Assembly: GCA_051294375.1 (NCBI GenBank)
Contig: CM119267.1
Coordinates: forward strand, 11,915,553 to 11,979,552
Direction of reading: 5' to 3'
Source of the DNA: Paraspadella gotoi
Lineage: Eukaryota > Animalia > Chaetognatha
DNA: 64,000 nucleotides
Under the pieces are notes generated by a model. The model was not told the origin of the DNA and made no database searches. It saw only the letters and a program-made list of their open reading frames with translations. The position numbers were made by a program, and so were the translations under genes. Positions 40,058-54,368 of the stretch are shown in pieces (position 1 is the first letter of the stretch; the number at the start of each line of letters is the position of its first letter).

Positions 40058-41265
40058 ATGGGAGCATTGTTTGCAAAGCAGAAAACAAGAAATGCCATGT
40101 CCCAAGGTCCGGGAAAAATTTGCTGTGGCCAAAAGCCAGAACCTGATCTACGCGGTAATTTATATAAAGAATATAATTTAATTAAGCGTGACTGCGTCAA
40201 AACCGATTTGTGAAGCAGAGTCCTCCGTTTAGGACCGGAAGAGGAGGAAGAAGAAAGAAAAACGACTAGAAAACCATCGGTGTACGTTGGCGCTGGTGAT
40301 AGTGAAAATAGCTCACATGGCTCACGCAGCTCCAAGAACTCTATGACTTTTAACGTAATACTAATCGAGTTTGATAGTAAAATATACCCATACGCTTTCT
40401 TTTTTTTCTCGTACTAGTACTTGTACCAATCTAAATTATGAATTTATGCTTTTTGTAGCCAAGGCGAGAGCGATCGAGCGCGCAGGTCTCATCCGTAACG
40501 TCCGCAGATATCGTAAAGAGCAAGAAAAAAATTGAAACGGTCAGTAAGTCCTTATTCTAATCCCGTGTGTCTGGTGTGCACGTATAGGTGTTCTATTAAA
40601 TCGTTTTCTATTCCAGGTGCGATCTCTTAAACCAGTCTTGGAAAGGCCGGCAATGACGAGTGCTGATGCTCTGATGATTGTGGAGATATGGGAACTCATG
40701 AAAACGGACACTTTGATGCAAGTTAAAGTTTCGGACGAACTTATGAGGATGCAAAACAAAGGGGAAACCACCAGCAACCCATCCTCTAAGAGATCACACG
40801 TTGGTAGGCATGTTTTTAATAGCTAACGAGACGGCTTAAAATATGTTTGAAGTCAACGCCTAGAAAAACGATGCTCCCTTTTGGCGGCGGTTTTTGATCA
40901 ACTCGAAACATTTGGAGTGGTGATGCAACAACAAGCCCATGAAAAATTGCCTAAAATGGAAAAGTGGGAGATTCTTATGTTCTTCCTCGGGAAATCAATT
41001 AAAGAAAAGTGAGTAATTTCTTTTGCCTTTTGTAGAAGTTTTAAGTCGAAGCAACATTGAAATTTTGATTCTGTGAAATTTTAGAAATCAGCAATTGGAG
41101 TCATATTATGATTTGTTAGAAGCATTTTACAACGTATGGGCACGAGAACTTGAACGTCAATTTGTTACTCAGGAACTTTATGACGCTTACCAAAGGATGG
41201 AAGGCACTTTGCTAAATGCAGCTTTAAGGGGCATGCAGGTTGTTATCATTACGTTTCTGCTTTAG
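40058..41265 (+). CDS. About 270-aa protein with a putative N-acylation signal and divergent globin-like domain
   Basis: Six GT-AG exons in one frame: 40058-40154, 40233-40354, 40459-40539, 40617-40803, 40864-41008, 41085-41265. MGALFA...ICCG N-terminus; A-helix-like MTSADALMIVEIWELMK; F-like LMFFLGKSI; G/H-like LEAFYNVWARELERQFVTQELYDAYQRMEGTLLNAALRGM. The gene model is firmer than the globin assignment. Confidence 0.7.
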
Positions 41266-41581
41266 GCTTTTGAAAGTTTATAAATTAACCAAAAAAATTA
41301 AATATGTAAATAGTAGAGAATGAAATATATTTTTTGAAATACCGGATATTGTGAAAAAAATTATTCTTTATTTAAATAAATTATGTATATTACTATTTAA
41401 ATACATTGGTAACAAAACGGAGATTTATTATTATTATTATTACGATGCGGTACTTACCCGTAGTCAATGTAGTAAAATTTATATAACAACTTTTAAATTC
41501 ATTACTATACACAGTCAACCATCGATTGCGGAAACTTCAATTCAAGACCAAATAGTAATAACTTCAACGTAAGGTAAGAGT

Positions 41582-41665
41582 TGAAAAGACAGAATCAATT
41601 GATATGAGTTAATGACAGAACCGTTCAATATAAATAGTCCCAGGGCTACGCATCAGGCTGTAACA
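41582..41665 (-). mobile_element. Partial LTR (3' end) of the TRIM family
   Basis: Reverse complement TGTTACAGCCTGAT...ATATTGAACGGTTCTGTCATTAAC...TGTCTTTTCA matches the 3' third of the TRIM LTR and ends in CA. Confidence 0.85.
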
Positions 41666-42632
41666 AGAGGGTAAAGCGCTACTTAGGGTTAAAGTAATTG
41701 TATACTTTGTGTTAATTTCTCTCTTTGTTTTAGCGAAAAACAAAAAGTTTATTTTTGTTAGGTAGTACAACGACTTTTATTTAATAACCTAACCTAACAA
41801 AAAAAAAATAACCTAACAAAAAGAAAGTTTTTGTTTTTCGCTAAGTAATTATATAAAAATACTTTTTTTTTTTTAAAATAAGTAGTTTTTTAAAAGACCG
41901 CAGTCGGCGAAAGAAAAATTTTACCAATTTTTTTACTATACAATTGATCTTAGTTAATTTTTTATCCTCGTCAAATTCCTCATCAAATCCGAATTAGAAA
42001 TCGATCCTACAATTACGCCAGCCCCTTCTAATCTCGTAGGGGGAGTAAGTGCGACTCTGGCTACGTACGGCGTCAATGAGTCAGCCAGAGAGTGGAAATG
42101 AGAAAGGAAGAGAAAAGGAAAAAGAGAAGGCTGCTGCATTGATTGGAAAGCAGCCGCCCTCCTCTTCGAGTTCGAGTCAGAGTTGGCCTCGCGCTTGCGT
42201 CATCCAACGTCCAATTAGGAAAACATTCTCGATTCTATCGAAGACGACTACATATCTATTTTTCAATATTCCTTATCTTGTTAAATTGCGAGCGAATCAT
42301 GTATTGTAGCAGTAACCTTATATTGTTGCTTTAATTCCTATAAACTTACTCTGCAAATATAAGAAAAATGATTCTGAAATTTGCATTATGGCCGTATCGA
42401 TACTGAGATTGTAAGGCTTACTTTGCTGTGTCAAAACATATGGGACGATTGTAACACTATTTCCGAAACGGTTTTTGTTGTGCAAGCACGTAAGTTGTAA
42501 CTATCTAGCACTAAACTTATTTTCGTTTTTCAGCTTTGACTAATATTTCATTCGAGGCATTATTCGGATACGAGGAAGCCTTAAAAAAAGGAATAAAAAT
42601 ACAACCCGTGTGGACTCGAGCGTGGCATCACA

Positions 42633-45129
<2,497 letters not shown>

Positions 45130-46946
45130 AAATGTGATCCAGTATCTGTTTTATTCTAGTATATACCGTGCTCTGTCTTAAGCATCTTGGCGAAGAAACA
45201 GTCAGTATTATTGCAAAACATCTAAGAGGATGGTTACCTTTTTTGGACCAGGCCTAAAATTCTACACAAGTTAAAATTTATGTTTTAACTTTAAGATTTA
45301 TGTGAGGACTATGTCGTTTTATATTATGACTAGTCAAAACAAGTATATAGAATCGTTTTATTTATTAAGGAGATGCTCTCGAAATTTTTACCCCTGATGA
45401 AGGTTGACGAAAGGACAAAACTAATACCTGGTTATTTTAAACGTTAAATCCTAACACACTGGTCACCAGTGGTCAGGTGTTACTTAAAATAATATATTTT
45501 TAAGTTAGTCATTACGTGAAGCGTGGACAAAATGGCTATGTTTTTCCTGACTTTAAAAATATAGGTAGGTTCGATTATTATGGTTTTACATAATGACATT
45601 TTTATAAAAGGTCTTAGGATGCTTGATGTTTTACTAACTAGTGTACTCACTAGCATCTGTAAGAATTTTTGTTTCTTGATGGATTACGATAGCCCAAATT
45701 AGAATTGTCTGATCTCTTGAGTGCTTTTTTTTTCTTCTGTAGTCTTATTTGGGTTTGGTGAATATGACGAATTTTTTGATGGTCATTGAATAACGATTTT
45801 CTATTTAACTTTCTGGCACCGTCATCTATTTCACGATTAGCGGTTGTAATCTTCATTAAATATTTACCAGTTAATTGTTAATGAAATTGTTTACTAGCCC
45901 GTTTACCATGATATAGACTTTTTTTTAAATAAACTTTCATGCTTTCTTTTTGATAAATGTTAAATTTATTTTAAAATTTTCACTTTCGTCTTCCCGAACT
46001 TTTTGTAGTTTCTACCTAACTCAAACTGTTATTCTAATAGCCTCTATTGAATTCCTATCCTAGTCTATTTTACTTCTAATGTTATTTGTATTTAGTTTTT
46101 TCTTAATTTTTTCTTGATTTTTCTGAAATAAAATACGACAATCACATATTTTAATGTTGTTTCTACTGCTTTCGTATTCATTAATAGTTCTATAGTTCTT
46201 TGTATGTATTTCTTATAAGAATAAGCAGTTGTTCATATCATTTCAACGCCTAAAAATACCAATCAGTGTAAAACCCAAAACTTGCCTCAAACACCTAAGT
46301 GTAAAATTCAAAGCAGCTTTCAGTTCGGCTAAATTGCAGCTGATTTTTTGACTGCATCGAATGTATAACAAAAACTACTTTAATCACATATATAGTATAC
46401 CGTTTGCCTTTTTAAAATAAGTGTTGCCTTTTGCATGTATTTTCTTCGTATTTCTGTTTTAACGTCAAAATATTACCAGGATGGGGAAAAATAAGGATTT
46501 GTAGCGGATGTTTCATAAATGTTTACAAATTTTGGTGACTAATTGTTTTCGATACTTCTTTTTCCAATTCTTTCTTGAAGACAACAACTATTATGACAAT
46601 TTTAATGCTGTTCAAAAAAATAAATAATATGAATTATAAAGTATAGTTTAAAATTGGCGGAAAAAAGCTTGTCAAACCTCTTACTACATGAAAGCGTTTA
46701 AACTATGTATGGTGCGCAACATAATAAATAGACATATATTATGAATACTCGTTTCGAATTCAATTTTTTTGTTGAATCTCGTCAAGCGGTTGGACTTTCC
46801 ATGTCATGTCATGGCAATCCTTCCATGTAATTTGATTAGTAACTGTACTAAGTTAAGCTATTTTTTTAATGTTTAATGTTAGATTAAATTATTGTATGAA
46901 GTATAATACTCAAATCTTTCTGGTGTTTGACCTATTTTGTAATTAC

Positions 46947-47426
46947 CAGGGGCGGCGAGAAAAATGGCGGGCCCCTCCACTGGCCCCCTGGCCAGGAGGA
47001 CCCCCTCCCCGCTCTCCATAATTTTATTTTTTAGATTTCGATTACCGACTTTCTGGCTTGAAAATTAGGGGCTGTGGACGGGGCCAAAGGGCCACATGGC
47101 CCCATTAAACGTGAAATGGACTATAACCCTGTGACAGTTTGGACATTACCAATAAAGGAGCCTTGATTTGACTTAAATAGGGGCCCAACTTGACCCCTAA
47201 AGTCTAAAGAGGCTCAAGCATGATCTAAGTTGAATTTGATCAGTTAAACTATCTGCACAGTCTGAATCTTTTTTCATAATCACTCAATAATTTTTCTTCT
47301 TTTTTCTTTCTTCTTTTTCATTCTTTTCTTTCCTTTTTTTCTCTCTTCTCAGGGGCCCTACCGGGCCCCCCTAGGGCCCGGGCCCCTCGCCTGAGACGAG
47401 GGTGTCCCCCTCTCTCGCCGCCCCTG
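46947..47426. mobile_element. hAT-type MITE, 480 bp
   Basis: TIRs CAGGGGCGGCGAGA / TCTCGCCGCCCCTG; 8-bp TSD GTAATTAC / GTAATCAC (1 mismatch); repeated subterminal GGGCCC motifs. Confidence 0.88.
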
Positions 47427-48191
47427 GTAATCACTAGTGATTACCGTATATTACAATAATCCTTTGTCTTTGAGAAATTTATCAACCCGTCACTTTCGAA
47501 GCTTACTTACAAACCTGGTGGCATTTAACCTGAATTCTTATAATAAGTTTAAGAGAATTGATGTGGCTCTAACGGTGCCTCTTTTGAACTATAGCGGTTG
47601 GTTTCTCACCGCATGGTTGGTTACGTGCCTTGCTTCAAAGTGTTTTCTATCTGGATTGACAAGTCTTTGTTTGGCACCTTTAAAAAAGGAAGACTCATGA
47701 ACATTAACCTTAAGAAATGTTAGCTGAAATTGTTTATCAGCATTGATGAAGACTAATGACTCATTAGTAATGAGACATGATAATTTTTGGGGTTTTTTTT
47801 TTAGTTTTATATATGACAACTAAAGGTACAGTATATCCAAACAAGTATATATGCAAACAAGGGTCACTTCACTATAATTTACATTGTAGTACCCAGTTGT
47901 TTTCTGGTTTTGACTTTGTTAGAACACTTCCGTAAGCGGTTTTGTAAATGGTCTTTCGCGTACACCACATGGGGACTATTTTTCACGATAACACAACCGA
48001 TTTGGTGAAGGTTAATACTTGAATCAATGGGGATTGAAGTGTTCAATCTCGTTTGATAAATTTAATCTCAAAAGATGGCAAAAGTGTCTTTTTTTATATC
48101 TTTCCCGCCCTGGACGTGTAATTTTTCTCCCTCCGTGTATGCCGTTCATTTTTTCTGACTCCTACTGCGAATCTGTCGAATTATCTTATAG

Positions 48192-51100
48192 ATGAGTGAG
48201 AATCAAAATGATAGAGACACTGAAAAAGTCGAGCGACTCAATGAGGGACAGTCGCCGCCCAAGGATGTTGGCGAGGATCCCCGCTTTTATTGCCAAAGAT
48301 GTTGTCAGCCTTTAAAGGTGCGATATAAATTATTATTACATGTGATTTTATTCATATGTAACGTGTAATGAGAAACCTACTATGAAATTAAATTCAATGG
48401 GGGCGGGGGTTCAAAACTTTAGTCTTCAGGTAAAAAAGAATTTTTAAAAAAAGTTCGATTTTAATGCTTTTATTGTTGCTGTCAAAATTACCCTATTACT
48501 ATATAATGATAAAAATTTTTTTTTAATCAATCTTTAACTTTTTTTTGATGGATTCTGACAGAGCATAAAAAGTTAAATAAAAAATATAACTACAACTTAA
48601 AAAATCAATATATGGAGTATGAAGTAATATTAAATTTTTTTGTCTATTTAAAATTTTTAAATTTTTGTTTGAGCAGGTGCTTAATTCAAATTTTTTAACC
48701 ACCTTACTGAGTTACTTAGTTTTGTGTAATAAATATTAAGATCATCAATAAGTTAAAAAACAAAAAATAGAGAATTTTTTTTTTTCAGCTGGATGGTTCC
48801 TTTGACGCGGTGGAACAACTTTTGCTTGATGTACTCTCCTTCTACGAGAACTCTGACTCAGGCGGGTTAGACATAAACAGACAGGTGTGTAGGTGATTTC
48901 ATCTCTTGCTCTTGAACTTCTTTTACTTTATACTTAGTTCCAACTTCATTGGTTAGAAACGGCTGGACGACGCCTTGAGGGAATTCTCGCCGCCAGATCA
49001 ATTTTTCCGAGATGCAAGGCTGGATGGAGCAATTACATCGGGCAATAACGGTTTTACTATCTTGAGGTAGAATTTTAATAGGGCTAATGTGAGCTTTTTC
49101 AAATACCTTCTTATGCTTGAAAGAATTTTAGGGTAGTGCGGGGTAATTCGGAACATTTTGGAAGTAATCAATTTTTTTGCTTAGAAAAATTATTTTTAAA
49201 AAAAAATTTTCTGGTGAAAAAAATTTTTTTCGAGGAAAGTGTCCCCGCTACAGGATGATGTCAATAAATTATGTATAATTATATTATATATAATAAATTA
49301 TGTATAATTTTTTATAATATTATTTAAAAAAAATTGAATTAAGATTGAACTCGTAAAATTAGGTATCGCATTCGTGCATGTTATCATTTTTCATGTTATC
49401 ATTTTGCTATCGCAACATCGTGTTTTTGATTCGTTTTTTTTCTTCTCAGGGGCTGCGTCTGCTGATCAGTTTATTTTTTGACAATTTGTTTTTTTCAGAA
49501 ACTGTAACTTTAATTTTCTTGCGTCTGCTGATCAGTTTATTTGACAATGACAACAAAAAAAACTTTCATTTTTTTTGTTTTTCAGAAACTAACTTTATTT
49601 TTTTTAATTGACAATCGCAAAATATATTTTTTTTTGTTTATAAATTAATTTTCTTTTCTCAAATTTTATTTTTTATGTCAGTGTTCCGAATTACCCCTGT
49701 CCCGAATTACCCCACACTACCCTAAGGAATTTATATTAGAAATCTACTATGAAATGAAAATCAAAAGGGGAGGGGGTTCAAAACTTAAGTCTTGAAGTAT
49801 ACTTTCAGGTAAAAAAATAATTTAAAAAAAAAATCTATTTTAACGCTTTTATTGTTGCTATCAAAATAACAATATTATTATATAATGACTATTTTTTTTT
49901 AATCAATCTTACCTTTTTTTGATTGATTATGATAGAGCATATCAAGTTAAATTAAAAATATAACTACAACTTTTTCTTGGTCAAAATTAAGAAAAAGTAA
50001 TAAAATTATCAAAAGATGATGATGATGATGATGATGATTGTTAATAGTTTTTCTTATTTTTTACCCACTTTTGATCTAAATATCAAAAAAGGAATTATAC
50101 TTTGTATAGAAAACTTTTTGCAAGCTACCTGAATCTGATCTTAAAACTAAAAAAATCTTTTAAAAAATTTTAGCCTTTCCTATCTATAAATACATAATTA
50201 CATATTAAAAAATTGGGTAACTTTACTATAACTTTAGCTACCGGTCGTTGCTTTGTTTATCCATTTTCTTTTTCTATCTTTTCTCCTGCTGCTTCTGCTG
50301 CTGCCTTTTGATTTATTTCTTTCTCTCTCTCTCTCTCTCTTTCTCTCTCTGAATATTTTTTTCCCTCTAAAAACTTTTATTATCGCCATTTATTCCCAAA
50401 TTTACATCCGAGATTTTCGTGGATTTTTTTTCCTAAATATTCTAAATATCAATCAGAATAATATTTTTTTTCAATATATATTTACTTTATTATTTTATGA
50501 AATTGGTATTTTACTTTACTTCATTTTACTTCACTTTAGTCTTTACTTCACTTGGTCAGTCTGATTCAAGTATCACTTTGTTTTTTGTCTGGGAATGTTG
50601 ACAGTGTTTAGAGAGGTCGCATTCGATCAAACTGCTCGCTTATGCGGGCTAAAAGTAAAACAAAAGTACCTTCAATAATGTCTTTCCAGAATTTGCACTT
50701 GCTTAAAATTAAACTCGAAAATAAGTTATTTTACTGTTTTATATTTATTATTCTTTTTTTTCTTTTTCTTTCTGTTTATAAATTAATTTTCTTTCTAAAA
50801 ATTTGTCGATTTCTATATGTCGCTCATAAGAAGCGAAAAAAAAACCGACCGCAAAATCCCGGTCGGCGAATGTAAAAATAAGCCAAAAAATTAATTAATT
50901 TTAATATATAAGGTAGTCATGTTAAAATTTTTTTGTCTATTCAAATTTTTTAAAAAATGTCTAAATTATTGTTTGAGCATTAGCTCAATTCAAATTTTTT
51001 AACCACCTTACTTAGGCTACACCTATTTATATGATAAATATTGTCCTCCCAGCGTTCCATGTGGCGACGATTCCACCGCAACCGGGGAACATCACCTCTC

Positions 51101-52196
51101 CCACAAGATGAAGTCGACGGCTTTCCTATTTGACTTTGTCAACCGTCAAATGGAGGTCGATCACCCACTTTGCGAGGAATGCACCGACGCTATTCTCGAC
51201 ACTATGGATCAACAGCTCAAGGTGAACAAGGCGTTGGGAAGTTATTTGAATAAATAACAAATCTGTGACTCCGTTTAACAGGTGATTCAAAACGAGTGTC
51301 GCGACTACTCCGATTATTTGGAAAAAATGGCTGCAGAGGAAGCAGATGGCAACAAAACGGAAGAGTCCGTCAGGCAGACGGAAGAGGAGCTCGAGCAAAA
51401 ACTCGATGCTCTCCGTCTCGAGGAGCAAGACTTGTTGAAAGAACTGTCGCAGTTGGAAGAAAGCAAAATTAAGATCGAGGAAGAAAAGCGGGAGAGGGAA
51501 AAAGAGTTGGAAAAATTAGAGGAGGAGGAGACCAAGTATTGGAAAGAGTATTCAGAATACAAGCGTCAAGTCTTGGAACTCGAGGACGATCAACGCAGCG
51601 TCGACAACAACCTTAAGTACGCTCAGCTGCAGGTGGACAAGCTTAAAAAGACGAATGTTTTCAACAGCACGTTTCACATTTGGCACAACGGCCATTTCGG
51701 TACCATCAACGGATTCCGTCTCGGCCGCCTCCCCAGCATACCTGTCGAGTGGCCCGAGATTAACGCGGCTTGGGGTCAAACCGTGCTGCTACTTTACTCT
51801 TTGGCGAAGAAGATGAAGCTGGAGTTCAAGCGGTATGCCCTGGTGCCGTTCGGGAACCATTCTCACGTCGAATGTCTAGAAGATCGTCGTCAGCTGCCTC
51901 TATACGGCACCGGAGGGTTCCGATTTTTTTGGGACACGAAATTCGATCAAGCCATGGTCGCCTTCCTCGACTGTCTCCAGCAGTTCAAGGAGGAGGTGGA
52001 AAAGGGCGACAACGGGTTTTGTCTCCCTTATCGCATGGAAAAAGGAAAGATAGAAGATCAGAGCAGCGGAAATTCTTATTCCATAAAGATTCAATTTAAT
52101 TCTGAAGAACAGTGGACTAAAGCGTTGAAGTTTATGCTGACAAATTTGAAATGGGGATTGGCCTGGGTCTCCTCCCAGTTTGCTAATAAAAATTAA
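48192..52196 (+). CDS. BECN1: Beclin-1 / Atg6
   Basis: Exons 48192-48317, 48789-48884, 48957-49066, 51053-51221, 51282-52196. [22 protein letters not shown], coiled coil, [44 protein letters not shown]. Confidence 0.96.
48370..48723. mobile_element. Dispersed repeat family A, internally deleted copy in Beclin intron 1
   Basis: Both ends match 39383-39985; flanked by GTGTAAT at 48363-48369 and 48724-48730. Confidence 0.8.
49131..49722. mobile_element. MITE, probably Tc1/mariner-pogo type
   Basis: TIRs GGGTAGTGCGGGGTAATTCGG / CCGAATTACCCCACACTACCC with TA on both flanks and a duplicated subterminal CCGAATTACCCC. Superfamily inferred from the TA flanks only. Confidence 0.8.
49738..51013. mobile_element. 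Dispersed repeat family A copy split by an intervening insertion
   Basis: 49738-50210 matches the left part and about 50890-51013 the right end of 39383-39985. Confidence 0.7.
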
Positions 52197-52397
52197 AAAT
52201 AAAAAATAAAAATTAATAGCGCGTCTGTGATTATTCTTAGTTTTATTGGTTTCTGTTATTTTGATCTTGTATTTTCTTTGGTGCGATACTCGCGATTGAA
52301 ATTAACATGGTAATTTCATTATTCCGCGTAGAAAATTGCAACCTCCTCTTCTGTTTTTTATCTTTTTATTCCCAAATTATATAGATTCTGGTAAAGA

Positions 52398-54236
52398 ATG
52401 TCGAACGAGATTCGAGTGACGCCGCTTGGCGCCGGCCAAGACGTTGGGCGCAGCTGCATTCTAGTTTCGATGGCAGGAAAAAACGTGATGCTCGACTGTG
52501 GGATGCATATGGGTTTTCAAGACGAGCGCCGCTTTCCGGATTTTAGTTTTATTGCCCCAAAAGGTGAATCGCTGACGCTGCACATTGACTGCGTGATAGT
52601 GTCGCATTTTCATCTCGATCACTGCGGCGCCCTTCCCTTCATGAGCGAGATGGTTGGCTATGACGGACCCATTTACATGACTCATCCTACGAAAGCTATC
52701 TGCCCTTTGTTGCTCGAGGACATGCGAAAAATCGCCGCTGATGTGAAAAAGGAGCAAGGTTTTTTCACTCAACAAATGATCAAAGACTGCATGAAGAAGG
52801 TCGTGGCCGTCAACCTTCATGAGACGGTGCGAGTGGACGATGAGTTGGAAATTAAAGCCTATTACGCCGGCCACGTGTTGGGCGCCGCCATGTTTTACAT
52901 CAAAGTCGGGCAGCATTCGATTGTTTACACAGGCGACTACAACATGACGCCGGATAGGCATCTCGGTGCCGCTTGGATAGATCGGTGTCGTCCGGATTTG
53001 CTCATCACGGAGTCGACTTATGCCACGACCATTCGGGACTCGAAGCGATGCCGCGAGCGAGACTTCTTGAAAAAAATTCACGAAACCGTCGACAAAGGAG
53101 GAAAGGTTCTTATACCTGTTTTTGCGCTCGGAAGAGCTCAAGAACTTTGCATCTTGTTGGAAACTTACTGGGAACGAATGAATCTCAACGTGCCGATTTA
53201 CTTCGCTCTCGGCCTCACAGAAAAGGCTAACAACTTTTACCAAATGTTCATTACGTGGACGAATCAAAAGATAAAAAACACTTTTGTCGAACGCAACATG
53301 TTCGAATTCAAACACATTAAGGCCTTTGACCGTAGTTATGCTGACAATCCTGGCGCGATGGTTGTTTTCGCCACTCCGGGTATGCTTCACGCCGGGCTTT
53401 CTTTACAGCTTTTCACCAAGTGGTGTGGCAACGATCTCAACATGGTCATCATGCCCGGCTACTGTGTTTCTGGAACCGTCGGTGCCAAAGTCTTAAGTGG
53501 CGCCAAAAAAATTGAAATCGATGGTGGAAAGGTTCTCGACGTGAAGATGGGGGTCGAGTACATGTCCTTCTCCGCTCACGCCGACGCCAAAGGCATCATG
53601 CAACTTATTCAATACTGCGAGCCCAAAAACGTTATGCTGGTTCATGGCGAAGCGGGTAAAATGGAATTTCTCAAGGAAAAGATTCGTTCCGAGTTTAGCC
53701 TGCCTTGCTACAATCCGGCTAACGGCGAAACAGCTCACATCGCCGTCGTGCACAACGTTCCCGCCGAGGTATCCGTCGACCTGCTAAAACGTGAAGCCGC
53801 CGAGTTTTATTCATGTGGTGGATGTCAAGCCAAGAAACCACGCCTTCTACACGGGACGATGATAGTGTCTCAGGGTCGATTACGAATCTTGCGACCAGAG
53901 GACGCCATGAAGGAACTCGGCGTAAGTGAACACTCAATAAGGTTTACGTCTTCCGTTAAAGTCAATGCCCCAGGTTCTTCGTCGCAAATCTCGGAGAAAA
54001 TTCATCGGATTATCAAGAGCAAGGTGCACGACGACGGGTCCCTGCAATTTCTCGGCGACGGTTCAATCTCCATCGATTCGGTGCTTCTAAAAGTCACGAG
54101 CGCAGATCCCGAGATGGACTCTGCTAAAGGAGCCGGAGATAAAGCCAACGCGAAAAAAGTGATTGTCTCATGGACGTACCAAGACGAAGATTTGGGTTCT
54201 TTTCTTTTAAACGTTTTGAAAAAACAGTTTCAATGA
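52398..54236 (+). CDS. INTS11: Integrator complex subunit 11 (CPSF3L), intronless
   Basis: [19 protein letters not shown] metallo-beta-lactamase motif, [12 protein letters not shown], beta-CASP region, SFSAHAD, LVHGE, C-terminal WTYQDEDLG. Confidence 0.97.
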   Translation: MSNEIRVTPLGAGQDVGRSCILVSMAGKNVMLDCGMHMGFQDERRFPDFSFIAPKGESLTLHIDCVIVSHFHLDHCGALPFMSEMVGYDGPIYMTHPTKAICPLLLEDMRKIAADVKKEQGFFTQQMIKDCMKKVVAVNLHETVRVDDELEIKAYYAGHVLGAAMFYIKVGQHSIVYTGDYNMTPDRHLGAAWIDRCRPDLLITESTYATTIRDSKRCRERDFLKKIHETVDKGGKVLIPVFALGRAQELCILLETYWERMNLNVPIYFALGLTEKANNFYQMFITWTNQKIKNTFVERNMFEFKHIKAFDRSYADNPGAMVVFATPGMLHAGLSLQLFTKWCGNDLNMVIMPGYCVSGTVGAKVLSGAKKIEIDGGKVLDVKMGVEYMSFSAHADAKGIMQLIQYCEPKNVMLVHGEAGKMEFLKEKIRSEFSLPCYNPANGETAHIAVVHNVPAEVSVDLLKREAAEFYSCGGCQAKKPRLLHGTMIVSQGRLRILRPEDAMKELGVSEHSIRFTSSVKVNAPGSSSQISEKIHRIIKSKVHDDGSLQFLGDGSISIDSVLLKVTSADPEMDSAKGAGDKANAKKVIVSWTYQDEDLGSFLLNVLKKQFQ

Positions 54237-54368
54237 ATCTCAAATTCTTAATCTGTGATATTTGTAAATGTTTTCTTCCCTGTTTTCTTAGTCAGTTTTG
54301 AAAATAGATGAGCCATGCTACGAAGGAAGAGACACATTACTTTAGCACTGTGAGCTGCTTGAACAAAC

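Noticed and set aside
52461-53390. 309-aa minus-strand ORF (also 62839-63426 and similar)
   Set aside because: These are antisense shadows of GC3-rich genes (INTS11, SMC3, PKC, BECN1) with no independent motifs.
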